Of a stretch of DNA of 64,000 bases, positions 19,662-30,232 are shown piece by piece. Within the stretch, counting starts at the first letter, position 1. Every line of letters begins with the position of its first letter. Source of the stretch: a virus (Duplodnaviria > Caudoviricetes); IMG/VR virus record IMGVR_UViG_3300026159_000398, one strand, 5' to 3'. Below the pieces are notes generated by a model. The model searched no databases and was not told where the DNA came from. It worked only from the letters and a program-made list of their open reading frames with translations. A program made the position numbers and the translations under genes.

Positions 19662-22388
19662 TTAACTCGTTTTAACAGAGAATGATGTCAAGCCATAACT
19701 TCCAACAAATGTTTTAAAGAAGTCGGCTTCAGATGTCTTAGTACTCTTTGCAAGCAATTCTTTTGTGGCTGCAGTTCCTGCTCCTGTGTTATTCGCAGTT
19801 TTCTTTTCTTCTTCAAGAGATTTCTTCTTAAGAGCCTTAGAAGCTTTGGCTTCATTAAGAATCTCTTGCAACAATAATGCATGAGTATGAAGATCTCGGC
19901 CAGAACCAGTTGTAGCACTTGCGGTTGCTCTAATGACATCGGCTGTGCTTCCTTCAAGACCATATTTGGCAGCTGTTTTGAATTTCTTACCAAGACGTTC
20001 CATTGTATCAAGTTCTGCGGCTTTGGATTTATATGTTGCTTTAGAAATTCCGCCAATACTTTTTGGCAGATAACTTCTTATTTTCCAGATAGCACGTTCA
20101 ATAAGAGTCTGGAATCCAAAGAAGAAATTAAACAAAGGAATTTCCAAATATTTACCAACAACCATTTTAATTTTATGGCCAACTTTTTGAAACTCATCGG
20201 ATATTTTCTTTCCCATTTGACTCCAAGTTTTTGCTTCAAAAACGCTAGAAAGACTTTTGGTAAACTTGTCCCATCCTTCTGCCCATGTGGTATGGTTTTG
20301 GGCTTGTTTATCTGCTATTTTTTCGAGGTTGGCAATTTCTTTTGCTGTTAATTTTTCTCCAGCTTTTTTCTTTTTATCAATTGAAGTCATGAATTGTTGA
20401 TCTGTTTGACTTAATGCTTTATCTGAGAAAGCTTCAAATGCATGCAACATCAATCCAGCTGGAGCTGTCATTGGGTTGGTGAGCATTATGTTCTTCATGT
20501 TTTTGCCAAGAATTGGCGTAATTTTTGTATTAAAAATCGAGTCAATCATTGGAGCAATTCCCAATGTCATGAGACCAGCTTGTGCACCGCCTAATTTTTC
20601 TGCTGTTGTTGCTTTTGGACCCATAGCTTTAAAGCCTTGATATCCACCCATCAGTGCAGAAATAATCAATCCAATTGGACCAGCGGCTTTTGCAGCAGTT
20701 CCTAATCCAGCTCCAAATAATCCACCAGCTTTTGTTCCTAATCCACCAAGCATTTTGCCAAGATTTCCAATTCCTGGAATTCCTTTAATAACTCCAAGAT
20801 TCTTTAGTGTACTAGCAAAAGTTACCATTGTACCAATGCCACTACCAATGCCACTAATTGCTTTGCCGCCAACAAGTGCACTCATTAAGAATGGGTGTTC
20901 TTTAAATAATTGGAAGAAAATTGTGATGGCACCTTTTATAACTTCTTTCATTACTTTCATAATAACTGGCATGTTTTTATGAATAGCATCCATCAATACT
21001 TTGACTAGGTTGTTAATTGATTTACCTATAGCATCACCAATATTTCCTTTGCCCGTGATGGCATCCATGACTGGAGTGATAGCATCAAACACCTTTGACA
21101 TGCCATCAGCAATCCAACCTACTACCTTTTGAAGTGTAGTTGTGATTGCTGGAATATATTTTTGCAGACGACTATACGCTTGCATAACAAAGTTAATCAT
21201 TGGAGAAAGAATCTTCATTCTCAAGAACATAATTTGTTCATCAAAACGTGCAGCATCTGCTTGGGCGCGCTTTTGTTTTTCTTGTGCGGCTTTTTCGCCT
21301 TCGGCTTGTGATTTATATTCTTCAATAACAGTGCGCATTTGAGCACTTGACGCACTTGCCATTTTCATAGCAATTTCAGGCGGTAATCCAATTCCTTTGG
21401 CATAACGGAATCTAGCCAATGGATTAGAGATACCTTGAATTTCTTGAGAAAGTTTAGGAAGGTTGGTGAGTAATTTATCAAAGAAAGTTTCTTTACCACC
21501 GGCAGTTTCCATCATCTTGAATTGTTCTTCTATTGAAATACCAAGACGACGTAACAATCCAGAGGTTTCGTCAAAACGATCAGGATCAAGAAGTTTGTCA
21601 ATAAAACTTGTAGCAGTTTGAGCATTGACACCAAATTTTACAAGAGCGCCACTTGCCATTGTAATACCTTTGGTTAATGCTTTTGCTCCTGCTTCTCCAT
21701 CCTTACTTAGTGCACCTAATCTATTTTGTGCTTCAATAACAGTTCCCATGAACTGCTCCATTTGAGCAGTTGTAGAACCAAAAGCCTTTTGAGCAGCTAA
21801 AACCGATGATACAACTTCACGAGAGCCCTGGACAGAAACATTCCAGTAGTTATGAAGTTCGCCAGTTAATTGTCCCATTTTTTCGGCAGAAATACCAGAG
21901 GCTTGATGCAAATTAGAAATGAAGGTTGTTAAGTTCTCCATTGCTGGACCAACCTGCATACCAGCATTGGCCAATGAATTCATAGAACCTTTAATAGTAG
22001 CCAATGAAGCAATTGAATTGCTCCATGAATTCATCATGACGTTCCATGCGCCACTTACACTTCCGCTTGCATCGGAAAGATTCTTTAATTCATTCTGCAT
22101 ACCAAGAATAGTTTTATTCATATCCCATGCAGCATGAATCAGAGAAGTAAAACCAAGCGTGACGCCACCAGTAATCATTGGGAATTTACCCAATAGACCA
22201 TTGACTTTATTTAAGCCACCTTGCAGCGCACCAATAGCCTTATTTAATTGAGCTTGAACTTTACCGAATTTATCGGCTTTGTCAGCTGCTCCAGTAGCGC
22301 CTTTTATGTACTTATTTATCTCGCTATTGGCTTTATTGAGACTATCGTTGCTGAATACGGTTTTTATATTTAATACGACATCGGACAT
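19662..22388 (-). CDS. Tape measure protein
   Basis: 908 aa, helical, A/G/M-rich with Gly-rich hydrophobic segments; position in the tail module. Confidence 0.75.
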   Translation of the reverse strand: MSDVVLNIKTVFSNDSLNKANSEINKYIKGATGAADKADKFGKVQAQLNKAIGALQGGLNKVNGLLGKFPMITGGVTLGFTSLIHAAWDMNKTILGMQNELKNLSDASGSVSGAWNVMMNSWSNSIASLATIKGSMNSLANAGMQVGPAMENLTTFISNLHQASGISAEKMGQLTGELHNYWNVSVQGSREVVSSVLAAQKAFGSTTAQMEQFMGTVIEAQNRLGALSKDGEAGAKALTKGITMASGALVKFGVNAQTATSFIDKLLDPDRFDETSGLLRRLGISIEEQFKMMETAGGKETFFDKLLTNLPKLSQEIQGISNPLARFRYAKGIGLPPEIAMKMASASSAQMRTVIEEYKSQAEGEKAAQEKQKRAQADAARFDEQIMFLRMKILSPMINFVMQAYSRLQKYIPAITTTLQKVVGWIADGMSKVFDAITPVMDAITGKGNIGDAIGKSINNLVKVLMDAIHKNMPVIMKVMKEVIKGAITIFFQLFKEHPFLMSALVGGKAISGIGSGIGTMVTFASTLKNLGVIKGIPGIGNLGKMLGGLGTKAGGLFGAGLGTAAKAAGPIGLIISALMGGYQGFKAMGPKATTAEKLGGAQAGLMTLGIAPMIDSIFNTKITPILGKNMKNIMLTNPMTAPAGLMLHAFEAFSDKALSQTDQQFMTSIDKKKKAGEKLTAKEIANLEKIADKQAQNHTTWAEGWDKFTKSLSSVFEAKTWSQMGKKISDEFQKVGHKIKMVVGKYLEIPLFNFFFGFQTLIERAIWKIRSYLPKSIGGISKATYKSKAAELDTMERLGKKFKTAAKYGLEGSTADVIRATASATTGSGRDLHTHALLLQEILNEAKASKALKKKSLEEEKKTANNTGAGTAATKELLAKSTKTSEADFFKTFVGSYGLTSFSVKTS

Positions 22389-22440
22389 GTTTTATACCAT
22401 TATAAGTATTTTGACAATCTGGCAGTTCTAATAATAAATT

Positions 22441-25323
22441 TTATTCACCCATATAAGCTTTTTGTTTATCTGAACCATAGATTATAGTTTTCATTTGATT
22501 TGTATATTCTGGTGAGACTGTTCCATCACCGACACCATCACTTCTTATTTGGAATTTTGTAGTAAATTTACCAGCTGAAATTTCATGTGTTATTCCTTCT
22601 ATTTTATACAATCCTGTCAAAATTGACAGAGTACCGTCAATATTGATGACTTTTATGAAAGTCCAATAAGAAAGTGTGTGCATAAATGCAAATGTCGGGT
22701 CACCAAGAAATTCAATATCACCTTTGGCTTCCACGCCAGAAGTCATCATTGCGGCACGAATATTTTGCACTTCGCGCTTTCTTTCTAGCATGTTATAATA
22801 ATCACCTGAATACACACGAGAGTGTTGATAATCTTGAATTGTCACGTTAATTGGATATGCGGCCGTTCTAGCAGGAGATGTTGATGCCAGTTTTGCCGCA
22901 GGGTCTAATGCCAATAATTCATTAAGTTTATCTTTAAGTTGACTCAATTCATTGGCGGACAATGAGTTGCGCAATGGTGCATTAAGATCTTTTGATTTTG
23001 ATTTATCTTTAGCAAGATCTGTTGCTTCTTGAAGTAATTTAGTCTTTTTTGTCTGTGCTTGACTTGAAATAAAATATTGACCACGATCTGTAGTTCCAGC
23101 AACGCGAGCACTACTTGCAACACTTATAGCGGCTTGAAATGAATCTCGTTCAACAGCAAATGAAATAACATCAGGAAAATTGATTTCCCAACATGTTGGT
23201 TCTCCTGGATTAAACATTCCTTCGTATTCACCACCAATCCTGTATGAGAATACTTGAGCAATCATTTGAGAACCAATGTCTGCACCGAATACTTGCGCTG
23301 ATGTAATCTTTATTGTCAACATATTAATGAGATAGTATTTGTCTGTAGTGATTAAGTTTCTTTGTGCTTTTGCATTCTCAATAAGTTGTTGTGTTGAAGT
23401 CAATAAAGAATCTGTTGGAGTAATAGTTGTTGCTTTTGTTTTTGTTTTTATGATAACATCTTTGCTATCACTCTTAATAGAACTTGATAATCTGTCTCGA
23501 TCGGAAATTGGAGTTTCTGTTTTCTTTACGGTTTGTTCAAGATATTTTTGGCGAAGTTCAAGAGCTTGAATCCAAATATCTATGTTTTTGCGGGCCATTT
23601 TGCCATCAAGATACATAACGTTGCACTGAAGTGGCAATGGAATAAACCCTTGAGTTGCGATTGTTTTCTTTTCTGCATCGTCAATTTCGAATTGTAATCC
23701 ACGACTTGGGTTTTTCTTGTCAATTGGGGTATATTTGACAAACATTTTAGCAAAAATCATATTCAAAAATACTTCCCATTTTGTGGATAAAGTCAACGAT
23801 ACGTCAATTGCATTTATAAAAAACGCTTCATCTTCAGGTTTTCCGCCTTGAGCTTTACGAAATACGTACGGTTTTTTATCACGTGCTGCTTTGAAATATT
23901 CTTGTGGCATCAAAGCATTCTGAAGATCAGCATTGTAGTCCCATAATTCTATATACATGTTTTGCTGGTCTTCTGGATTTGTTTTATTTAATTGCGTATA
24001 AATATAATTGGACACATACACATATAAATAATATGGATGAATTTTGAAACAATTGTGAATTGCTGTGCCAGTTTTAGTAAAATAATTAGTAAAAAGTCTT
24101 TGTTCGGCTGAAAGAGTCAATTCACCGTCGATTTTAGAGCGATACTCCGTATGATAAAGTGAAACAGTTTTTTTACTTATAGCATTATCAGCAAGCGCCT
24201 CTATTCCAACATCAGGAGGATTTACAACCTCTTCCATTAAATCATAGATATCAACAAACTTAGGATTATAAAAATGCATTTTATGATTGATGACATAATT
24301 GATGCGGTCTTTGTTCATGTTTTTCTGGTACACAAAAGCATCAAAAATGCTTCCATAATATTTGGCTGCAACTTCAATAATATCTGCAGTTAACTTTACA
24401 TCCATGAGGCCACGATTATACAAGAAAAAACCGAGTTGTTGAATAGCTTTTGTGGCTGTATCTTTGGTATCATTCTTTCTTAATTTGTCAAAGACTAAAC
24501 GAAATAGTCTATTGAGTTCTTCAAAGCAAAGAGTCGTAGCAGGAAATGGGCCAAAAATTTCAAAAGGAGAAGCGCCTCTAAAAACAATTGAAGAAGCATT
24601 TTCAGCATTACATGTGATTGTAGTTTCAGGAAGACCCAAATTATTGAATGTTGTTTTCATTGTTTGAACAACAGCAATAACTTTATTAGTGAAAGCAATT
24701 TTATCCCAGTCTTTTAATCCATTAGGAACATTGTCGGGATTGTGTGACCATCCAAATTCTATTTCAAGGCGAACCCATGATGGATTATTCTCACTGCCAG
24801 CACCATTCAAAACAGTATTAAGAGATGCCAATTGCATACTGAGATACTCGGTAATTTCTTGTTTAGGGTCTATAAAAACCAATTCAACAATACCAGAACT
24901 TCCACTGTCTGCAGTACCGCCAACATTATATTTAAAAGTAACTAAATGATTGTTGGTATCATTAAAAATTCTAAAGCGTCTTTCTTGTGGAAGATCATTC
25001 AGGGTTTTACGATTTTGGAATAATACAACCAAATCAACATTAAGAATTGGCGATAATTGATCAAGATAGAACGCAGGCTTTTTAAACAGTGGTGCTGATT
25101 TAACAAAGTCTTTTTTCTTTTGGACGCGTTTGGTTAATTCTTGTTTTGCTTCTTCAAGAAATTGTGCTTGCTTTTGTTCATCAGCAGTTGGCGTTTTTGC
25201 TGGCGGTGTTTTTGTTTTTGGAGCAGACGCGGCAGCAGTAAGCGCATCCACATAAGCTTGAAGATCAGCTATGGTTGCGAATTTAGTTTTGATTGCGTTT
25301 GTAGTTGAAGGGTTAGTTGCCAT
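22441..25323 (-). CDS. Baseplate hub protein (gp27/gpD-like)
   Basis: LEIEFGWS near the N-terminus; C-terminal IEFLGDPTF...LTGLYKIEGITHEISAGKFTTKF. Confidence 0.7.
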   Translation of the reverse strand: MATNPSTTNAIKTKFATIADLQAYVDALTAAASAPKTKTPPAKTPTADEQKQAQFLEEAKQELTKRVQKKKDFVKSAPLFKKPAFYLDQLSPILNVDLVVLFQNRKTLNDLPQERRFRIFNDTNNHLVTFKYNVGGTADSGSSGIVELVFIDPKQEITEYLSMQLASLNTVLNGAGSENNPSWVRLEIEFGWSHNPDNVPNGLKDWDKIAFTNKVIAVVQTMKTTFNNLGLPETTITCNAENASSIVFRGASPFEIFGPFPATTLCFEELNRLFRLVFDKLRKNDTKDTATKAIQQLGFFLYNRGLMDVKLTADIIEVAAKYYGSIFDAFVYQKNMNKDRINYVINHKMHFYNPKFVDIYDLMEEVVNPPDVGIEALADNAISKKTVSLYHTEYRSKIDGELTLSAEQRLFTNYFTKTGTAIHNCFKIHPYYLYVYVSNYIYTQLNKTNPEDQQNMYIELWDYNADLQNALMPQEYFKAARDKKPYVFRKAQGGKPEDEAFFINAIDVSLTLSTKWEVFLNMIFAKMFVKYTPIDKKNPSRGLQFEIDDAEKKTIATQGFIPLPLQCNVMYLDGKMARKNIDIWIQALELRQKYLEQTVKKTETPISDRDRLSSSIKSDSKDVIIKTKTKATTITPTDSLLTSTQQLIENAKAQRNLITTDKYYLINMLTIKITSAQVFGADIGSQMIAQVFSYRIGGEYEGMFNPGEPTCWEINFPDVISFAVERDSFQAAISVASSARVAGTTDRGQYFISSQAQTKKTKLLQEATDLAKDKSKSKDLNAPLRNSLSANELSQLKDKLNELLALDPAAKLASTSPARTAAYPINVTIQDYQHSRVYSGDYYNMLERKREVQNIRAAMMTSGVEAKGDIEFLGDPTFAFMHTLSYWTFIKVINIDGTLSILTGLYKIEGITHEISAGKFTTKFQIRSDGVGDGTVSPEYTNQMKTIIYGSDKQKAYMGE

Positions 25324-25952
25324 TATTTATATCCTATTCCACCTAAATCATCTGGAGAACTTGGGCCTTCATCGCCACCTGGTTCTTGAGCATCTGAAGT
25401 CACAGGAGTAATTGTTGGTTGTGTAGTTGCCATTGTAGGTTGTGATGTTGGGTATGTCGGACTAATTTTAGCCAAATTAGCTTGTAAATCAGCAACATCA
25501 ATTCCGCGTAATGTGTACATATTTATCATGCGAACAAGAAGATCTCGCTTTGCCTCTTGCAACATATTTGGATTATAGACTCGAAGATCTGCGTCTGAAA
25601 AATCTTCTTTCTTATTGAGTCCATAATTGAATAATGTGGCACGAGTAATTGCACTATGAAAGTACGTGCGATAACAATGCTTGATTTGATCTCGTAAATA
25701 TGATGTGAATATTCTGTACAAAACCTGTCCAGAATACTTGGAGGCTGTAGGTATTTTTGATAATCGAACAATGGTGTGAACTATTCGAGCTTTATCAAGA
25801 GTACTCAATTGACGTGCGCCAAGATTCAGCGCATGAACTTTATCAAGGACGGGATTGGCGAATAATATAAAAAGATATATTCTATCTGGATTGGTTTTCC
25901 ATCGAGCATAACTTATAGAATAAAGCGCGCCCGTACGCATAAAAAAAGCCAT
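25323..25952 (-). CDS. Putative DNA end protector (T4 gp2-like)
   Basis: GALYSISY...VHALNL...LYRIF...HCYRTY follows the gp2 motif order; recognised by eye only. Confidence 0.45.
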   Translation of the reverse strand: MAFFMRTGALYSISYARWKTNPDRIYLFILFANPVLDKVHALNLGARQLSTLDKARIVHTIVRLSKIPTASKYSGQVLYRIFTSYLRDQIKHCYRTYFHSAITRATLFNYGLNKKEDFSDADLRVYNPNMLQEAKRDLLVRMINMYTLRGIDVADLQANLAKISPTYPTSQPTMATTQPTITPVTSDAQEPGGDEGPSSPDDLGGIGYK

Positions 25953-26000
25953 TATTTTTCCTCTAATAAATTATATTCATAAGTTTTAATAAATTGTGTC

Positions 26001-26010
26001 TAATATAATT
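26001..26010 (+). promoter_or_regulatory. Candidate promoter TAATATAATT (divergent copy at 25969-25978, minus strand)
   Basis: 8 nt upstream of leader RNA copy 1. Confidence 0.5.
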
Positions 26011-26018
26011 ATAATATC

Positions 26019-26104
26019 AGAAGGACAAAGGGTAGCTCCCTGGCTGGTTGCTCTAATCAACCAGCCTCACTTCTATATTTATAATTATATTAGAGGTAAT
26101 TATC
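26019..26104 (+). ncRNA. Structured leader RNA, copy 1 (three-way junction plus kissing loop on the SD)
   Basis: P1 AGAAG/CTTCT; P2 AGGG-TAGCT-CCCT; P3 GGCTGGTTG-CTCTAAT-CAACCAGCC; P4 ATAATTAT-ATTAGAG-GTAATTAT; L3 CTCTAAT is complementary to L4 ATTAGAG. Confidence 0.85.
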
Positions 26105-26773
26105 ATGTCTTATGGTTATATTTATCTGATCAAAGATCATTTTACTAACAAAGTTTATATTGGCAGACGAAAAGGCCATGAATCAAAATCTTTAAATTAT
26201 TTTGGTTCTGGCAAAATTATACACAACATTCTTCATAAAAGAAAACATCATCTTTCTAAAATTGTTCTTGGTTATTGTGAATCTAAAGAGGAGCTTATCA
26301 ACTTAGAAACACAATGTATTGAATTTTTTAACGCTACCAATAAGTTATATGGGTATAATTTAAAATCGACTGGTAATGATGGAGGAGCAATAAGATTCGG
26401 TCCACATTCTGAACAATCGAAACAAAAAATGCGTAAACCAAAATCTAAACAAGCTAGACGAAATATGAAATTAGCACAAAATAAAAATATTAAATTAAAA
26501 CAATTAAATAGTAAACTACTTTGGTCCACTACAACTTACAGATATCAACAAACAAAAGCTTTACAAAAATCTTGGGATGAACATCCAGAACGAAAAAAAC
26601 AATTTTCTAAAATATTTTCTGGCAAAAATAATCCAGCTAATATCAAAATTGATACACAACAAATATTAAAATTATATAATTCTGGTATTAGTATGAGAAA
26701 ATTATCTAAAATGTTTAATTGCACGCATCCAACAATAAGCAAAAGAATTAAAAATCCAGAAAAATATCTTTAG
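26105..26773 (+). CDS. GIY-YIG homing endonuclease (antisense to the late operon)
   Basis: YGYIY...KVYIG...YFGSG...YGYN; NUMOD-like region and C-terminal HTH. Confidence 0.9.
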   Translation: MSYGYIYLIKDHFTNKVYIGRRKGHESKSLNYFGSGKIIHNILHKRKHHLSKIVLGYCESKEELINLETQCIEFFNATNKLYGYNLKSTGNDGGAIRFGPHSEQSKQKMRKPKSKQARRNMKLAQNKNIKLKQLNSKLLWSTTTYRYQQTKALQKSWDEHPERKKQFSKIFSGKNNPANIKIDTQQILKLYNSGISMRKLSKMFNCTHPTISKRIKNPEKYL

Positions 26774-26784
26774 AGCACCACCAT

Positions 26785-26816
26785 AAAAAACCTCTTAATA
26801 TATTTTATTAAGAGGT
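26785..26816 (-). terminator. Intrinsic terminator
   Basis: ACCTCTTAATA/TATTAAGAGGT stem with an A-run on the left (U-tail on minus strand), between convergent genes. Confidence 0.7.
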
Positions 26817-26842
26817 CATGAGTTTTTCTACAATATTTTCGT

Positions 26843-27043
26843 TTATCTAGGCCATTTCTTTGATTGCTCGTAACCAGAGTCATAGCCTTTCTTTGCCATG
26901 ACAGAACCGTACGTGATAATTAAATCTAACAAATCATTTGAATTATTAGGTAATTGTTCGCGAATAGTTCTTAATAATCCATCGGGGTCATTGCTGTCTC
27001 TTTTATCTGCTTCGAGATATTGGCTTAATCGTGATTTACTCAT
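26843..27043 (-). CDS. Small protein with capsid-targeting-like N-terminus (putative internal head protein)
   Basis: Starts MSKSRLSQYLEA. Confidence 0.6.
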   Translation of the reverse strand: MSKSRLSQYLEADKRDSNDPDGLLRTIREQLPNNSNDLLDLIITYGSVMAKKGYDSGYEQSKKWPR

Positions 27044-27058
27044 TTGTTTTTTCCTTGA

Positions 27059-27424
27059 TTAAAATTTCATAGTAGCTAATTCTAAATCTTTTCTATTTAT
27101 TTTTTCAACTGATTCTTCTTTATCAATATTGGCTTTCAGATAAATATCGTATCCCATTTCATCTCTGAGTGCTAATGCCAATTCTTCTTTTTTTAATCCT
27201 GTTTTTTCCGAGTCGAATAAGTACAAATATTTAGGTTTGCTACCATTATCGGTTGTATAGTTGCCACCCATTTCTTGAATGAATTGATACAATCTTTCAT
27301 CATAAGAAAGACCGCGAGTTTCATAGTCGCCATATTCTATTTTGACAGCAAGGTACTTTCCAGTTATTCCAAAGGTGTCTTTTTTCGACTTTACTTCTTC
27401 AAGATATTTTTGTAATTGACTCAT
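27059..27424 (-). CDS. Putative internal head protein
   Basis: Starts MSQLQKYLEE. Confidence 0.6.
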   Translation of the reverse strand: MSQLQKYLEEVKSKKDTFGITGKYLAVKIEYGDYETRGLSYDERLYQFIQEMGGNYTTDNGSKPKYLYLFDSEKTGLKKEELALALRDEMGYDIYLKANIDKEESVEKINRKDLELATMKF

Positions 27425-27711
27425 GCGAGCTCCATCATGTATTTTGCTTGAATTTCTGGTGCAAGAAACGGACAGTGTTTATAATCTTCTGCACATTCCC
27501 AACAAAGAAAATCAGGTTCCCAAAAATACCATCTGAATTTTTCAAACTTGAACATCCTTTTTCCGGCGATATCAGCAACTGAAATTTGTTCAAGGTTTTT
27601 AACTAACGCATTGACCAAAGTTTCAGTCTTGAAATGATCGCGCAAAAAGAAAACATCAAGATTTGAATGACTTAAATAACAACGGTTCTTATAAATTATC
27701 ACAGTATTCAT
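27421..27711 (-). CDS. Hypothetical protein, probably a leaderless early gene
   Basis: No targeting motif and no SD; ATG 5 nt downstream of a sigma70-type -10. Confidence 0.55.
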   Translation of the reverse strand: MNTVIIYKNRCYLSHSNLDVFFLRDHFKTETLVNALVKNLEQISVADIAGKRMFKFEKFRWYFWEPDFLCWECAEDYKHCPFLAPEIQAKYMMELA

Positions 27712-27716
27712 AATTT

Positions 27717-27745
27717 ATCGTACTATTAAATGTTATTTTTGTAAA
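27717..27745 (-). promoter_or_regulatory. Sigma70-type (early) promoter
   Basis: TTTACA-17 bp-TACGAT preceded by ATAAAAGTA, like the copies at 47618 and 48241. Confidence 0.65.
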
Positions 27746-27750
27746 TACTT

Positions 27751-28152
27751 TTATTTCAAATATTGAGTGATATTTCCGGAAAGTATGATCTGTCCGCTTT
27801 GAATATCGAGCTCAATAACGCCATTCGTAAATGGAATTCCTACGCCTTTGTATTTTGCAAGGAAAGTATTCACTGCTTCTGGGGTAATTTTCCATGCTTG
27901 GTTTTCTGGTGATTTTAGAAGACCATCGAAAAGACTTTTCGCGGCTGTATCATTCAAGAAGTTGATTGTCATTGTTTGATCGCCAACTTTAACTTCTTTT
28001 GTTTTGCCTGTTGTGGCACCATCAGCCTTTATAGATGCGACAGCTTTTCCTGCGCTTTTAGAACCTTTGTAAAGCGATATTTGATTTGGGTTTGGCATCG
28101 CCACATCAAATGGTGCTTCACTTAATTGCTTGAGATATTCATGTAGTTGCAT
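27751..28152 (-). CDS. Putative internal head protein
   Basis: Starts MQLHEYLKQLSEA. Confidence 0.55.
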   Translation of the reverse strand: MQLHEYLKQLSEAPFDVAMPNPNQISLYKGSKSAGKAVASIKADGATTGKTKEVKVGDQTMTINFLNDTAAKSLFDGLLKSPENQAWKITPEAVNTFLAKYKGVGIPFTNGVIELDIQSGQIILSGNITQYLK

Positions 28153-29675
28153 TATCGTTTTGCTCCTTTATGGCCTTCGCCACTTTGGTATTTTTGCATG
28201 ATTGAAACAGCCGCCCAACGATGCCAAATTTCTACAGGAGAATCTGACATGGCGAATTTAACAACATCAGTAAAAGTACGGAAGTCCATCTTTTCAACAC
28301 GTTTTGATGGAACAACTTTATCTTTTATGAATTTCAAAGCTTCACGCTTATGACTTTCTGAAGCTCCCGTAATTTCAATGTATTTCATGACGCCTTCAAT
28401 ACGTTTGACAATTTCATCTAGACTCAAACTAACTTCAACTGTCATGGCACGAGACTTAATAGCGCCAGGAATTTGGTGTAAGTATTTGTTGCTAATGAAA
28501 ATTACACGACCATCAAAGTTAAATCTATTTGGGAGAATAGCATTTCCTTTTGTTGGTGACGATGCACGAATACGTTGAACTTCCCAAACTTTTTGCGCGT
28601 GTTGACTTGACAACATAGCTTCGATATTGACTTTCTTTTTGAGTAACTCATCAATAACATCTTGTGGGATATCTTCAACTAATTCATATTTAAGAATTGT
28701 TTCATATAATAGTGGGTCAACTGTATTATTGCTTAGATAACTGATTTCAGTTTCTTTTCCGGAGTCAAGAGCGCCTTTAAGCATATTGACGCAGTCTCTA
28801 TCATCAAGAAGACTATCAAGGTCATCAAATACAATAATTTTGTTGGGGTCGTTGTTAACGAAAAGAACCTTATACAATGCAGATGCTGAAGTGATGGCAC
28901 CAGTAAAAAATTGGTGGTTCGTTCCTTTTAGTTCGTTTTTAACTGTGAAGGTTTTTCCAATACCTGGGTCACCTGTAATAAGGATAGATTTGTTAATGCC
29001 ATCTTTTACTTTCTTAATTGCATCTTCCATGAGAGCGAAGATTTCTTTTGAATTAAGAGGTTCATCAAAAAGTTCTGACCATTCATCAGGTTCTTTAGCT
29101 GGAAGTTTTTCAGCTGGCGCTGATGAAACATTGACAGTTTTTCCAGATTTTTGTGCGCGATATTCAGCACTAAGCTGTTTCATTAATGCAGTATCGCCAG
29201 CTTCTTTAGCGCGTTTATAACGAGCAGACAAAGAATTTGGGTCTGCTGTTCTTGCCATTTCAGTAAAGAACTCTTCAGTAATTGGTTCCTCATCGGGAGA
29301 TGTGGTTACTAATTGAACTTTGCCTTTACGACCATTATGAATAACTTCATCAATAAGAGTCACAACTTCAGTGATATTTAAATCACTTGTGTTAGCTGTA
29401 AATTGTGGATTGACTGCTGGAGCGAGCCAGAAGTCTATGCTGTCAATGTGAGCACTTTGATTATTTGTTTTCCAATTGAGACGGAATGCGTGTTTGGCGT
29501 CATCAAGCATGAACATTGTTCCATACACAACACCTTGGCCTTCTTTCTCAATTAACATGGTGCCATGTTGAACATAAACTTTCTCATTAAATTTACGTTC
29601 AATACGACTTTTAAGAATATCTACAACACGGCCAGATTTTTGTTCAGCCACAGCTTCAAAATATTTCTTAAGCAT
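28152..29675 (-). CDS. AAA+ ATPase with capsid-targeting-like N-terminus
   Basis: Walker A GDPGIGKT, Walker B IIVFDD, VIFISN, AIKSR; starts MLKKYFEA. Confidence 0.8.
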   Translation of the reverse strand: MLKKYFEAVAEQKSGRVVDILKSRIERKFNEKVYVQHGTMLIEKEGQGVVYGTMFMLDDAKHAFRLNWKTNNQSAHIDSIDFWLAPAVNPQFTANTSDLNITEVVTLIDEVIHNGRKGKVQLVTTSPDEEPITEEFFTEMARTADPNSLSARYKRAKEAGDTALMKQLSAEYRAQKSGKTVNVSSAPAEKLPAKEPDEWSELFDEPLNSKEIFALMEDAIKKVKDGINKSILITGDPGIGKTFTVKNELKGTNHQFFTGAITSASALYKVLFVNNDPNKIIVFDDLDSLLDDRDCVNMLKGALDSGKETEISYLSNNTVDPLLYETILKYELVEDIPQDVIDELLKKKVNIEAMLSSQHAQKVWEVQRIRASSPTKGNAILPNRFNFDGRVIFISNKYLHQIPGAIKSRAMTVEVSLSLDEIVKRIEGVMKYIEITGASESHKREALKFIKDKVVPSKRVEKMDFRTFTDVVKFAMSDSPVEIWHRWAAVSIMQKYQSGEGHKGAKR

Positions 29676-29689
29676 GATTCTATTTTCTC

Positions 29690-30046
29690 CTATACATCTG
29701 GAGTTGCGACCATTTTGCCTTTGGTCTGAGGATTTTGTACAAAATCCGAAGGAGGAGTTTTATCTGGCGCATATTTGGCGCTGCCATCTCTCTTAAGAAC
29801 TTCAAGAACTCCTTTAGCGATTTCAGGATATTGTTTTGCAAAATCTTGAACAGATACATTTACTGGATTTCCATTAATAGTTCCTTTTATTAAATTACCT
29901 GCTAATTCAAGATCGTATGTTGTTGCAACAGTTCCAGACATTCCTTTTCCTGTTGTAAGTTCTTTGCTAGAACCGATTGGAGTTGGCGAACCACCTTCCA
30001 TTCTTTCAGTATAAACTTTTTCCATGTATGTGTCAAATTTGCTCAT
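29690..30046 (-). CDS. Putative internal head protein
   Basis: Starts MSKFDTYMEK. Confidence 0.6.
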   Translation of the reverse strand: MSKFDTYMEKVYTERMEGGSPTPIGSSKELTTGKGMSGTVATTYDLELAGNLIKGTINGNPVNVSVQDFAKQYPEIAKGVLEVLKRDGSAKYAPDKTPPSDFVQNPQTKGKMVATPDV

Positions 30047-30232
30047 TTACATTGCCTTTTCCATTATATATTTAAACTCTTTAAATGTGATTTTATTCTG
30101 TTTTATCCAACCCCAAATTATTTTTAATTTGGCATCATAATCATCATGAAATTTACGTAACTTCTCGACGTATTGTTCAGCTAATGCTTCAGAAAATTTT
30201 TCACCTTCAAGATATTCTTCTAATCTACTCAT
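30047..30232 (-). CDS. Putative internal head protein
   Basis: Starts MSRLEEYLEG. Confidence 0.6.
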   Translation of the reverse strand: MSRLEEYLEGEKFSEALAEQYVEKLRKFHDDYDAKLKIIWGWIKQNKITFKEFKYIMEKAM

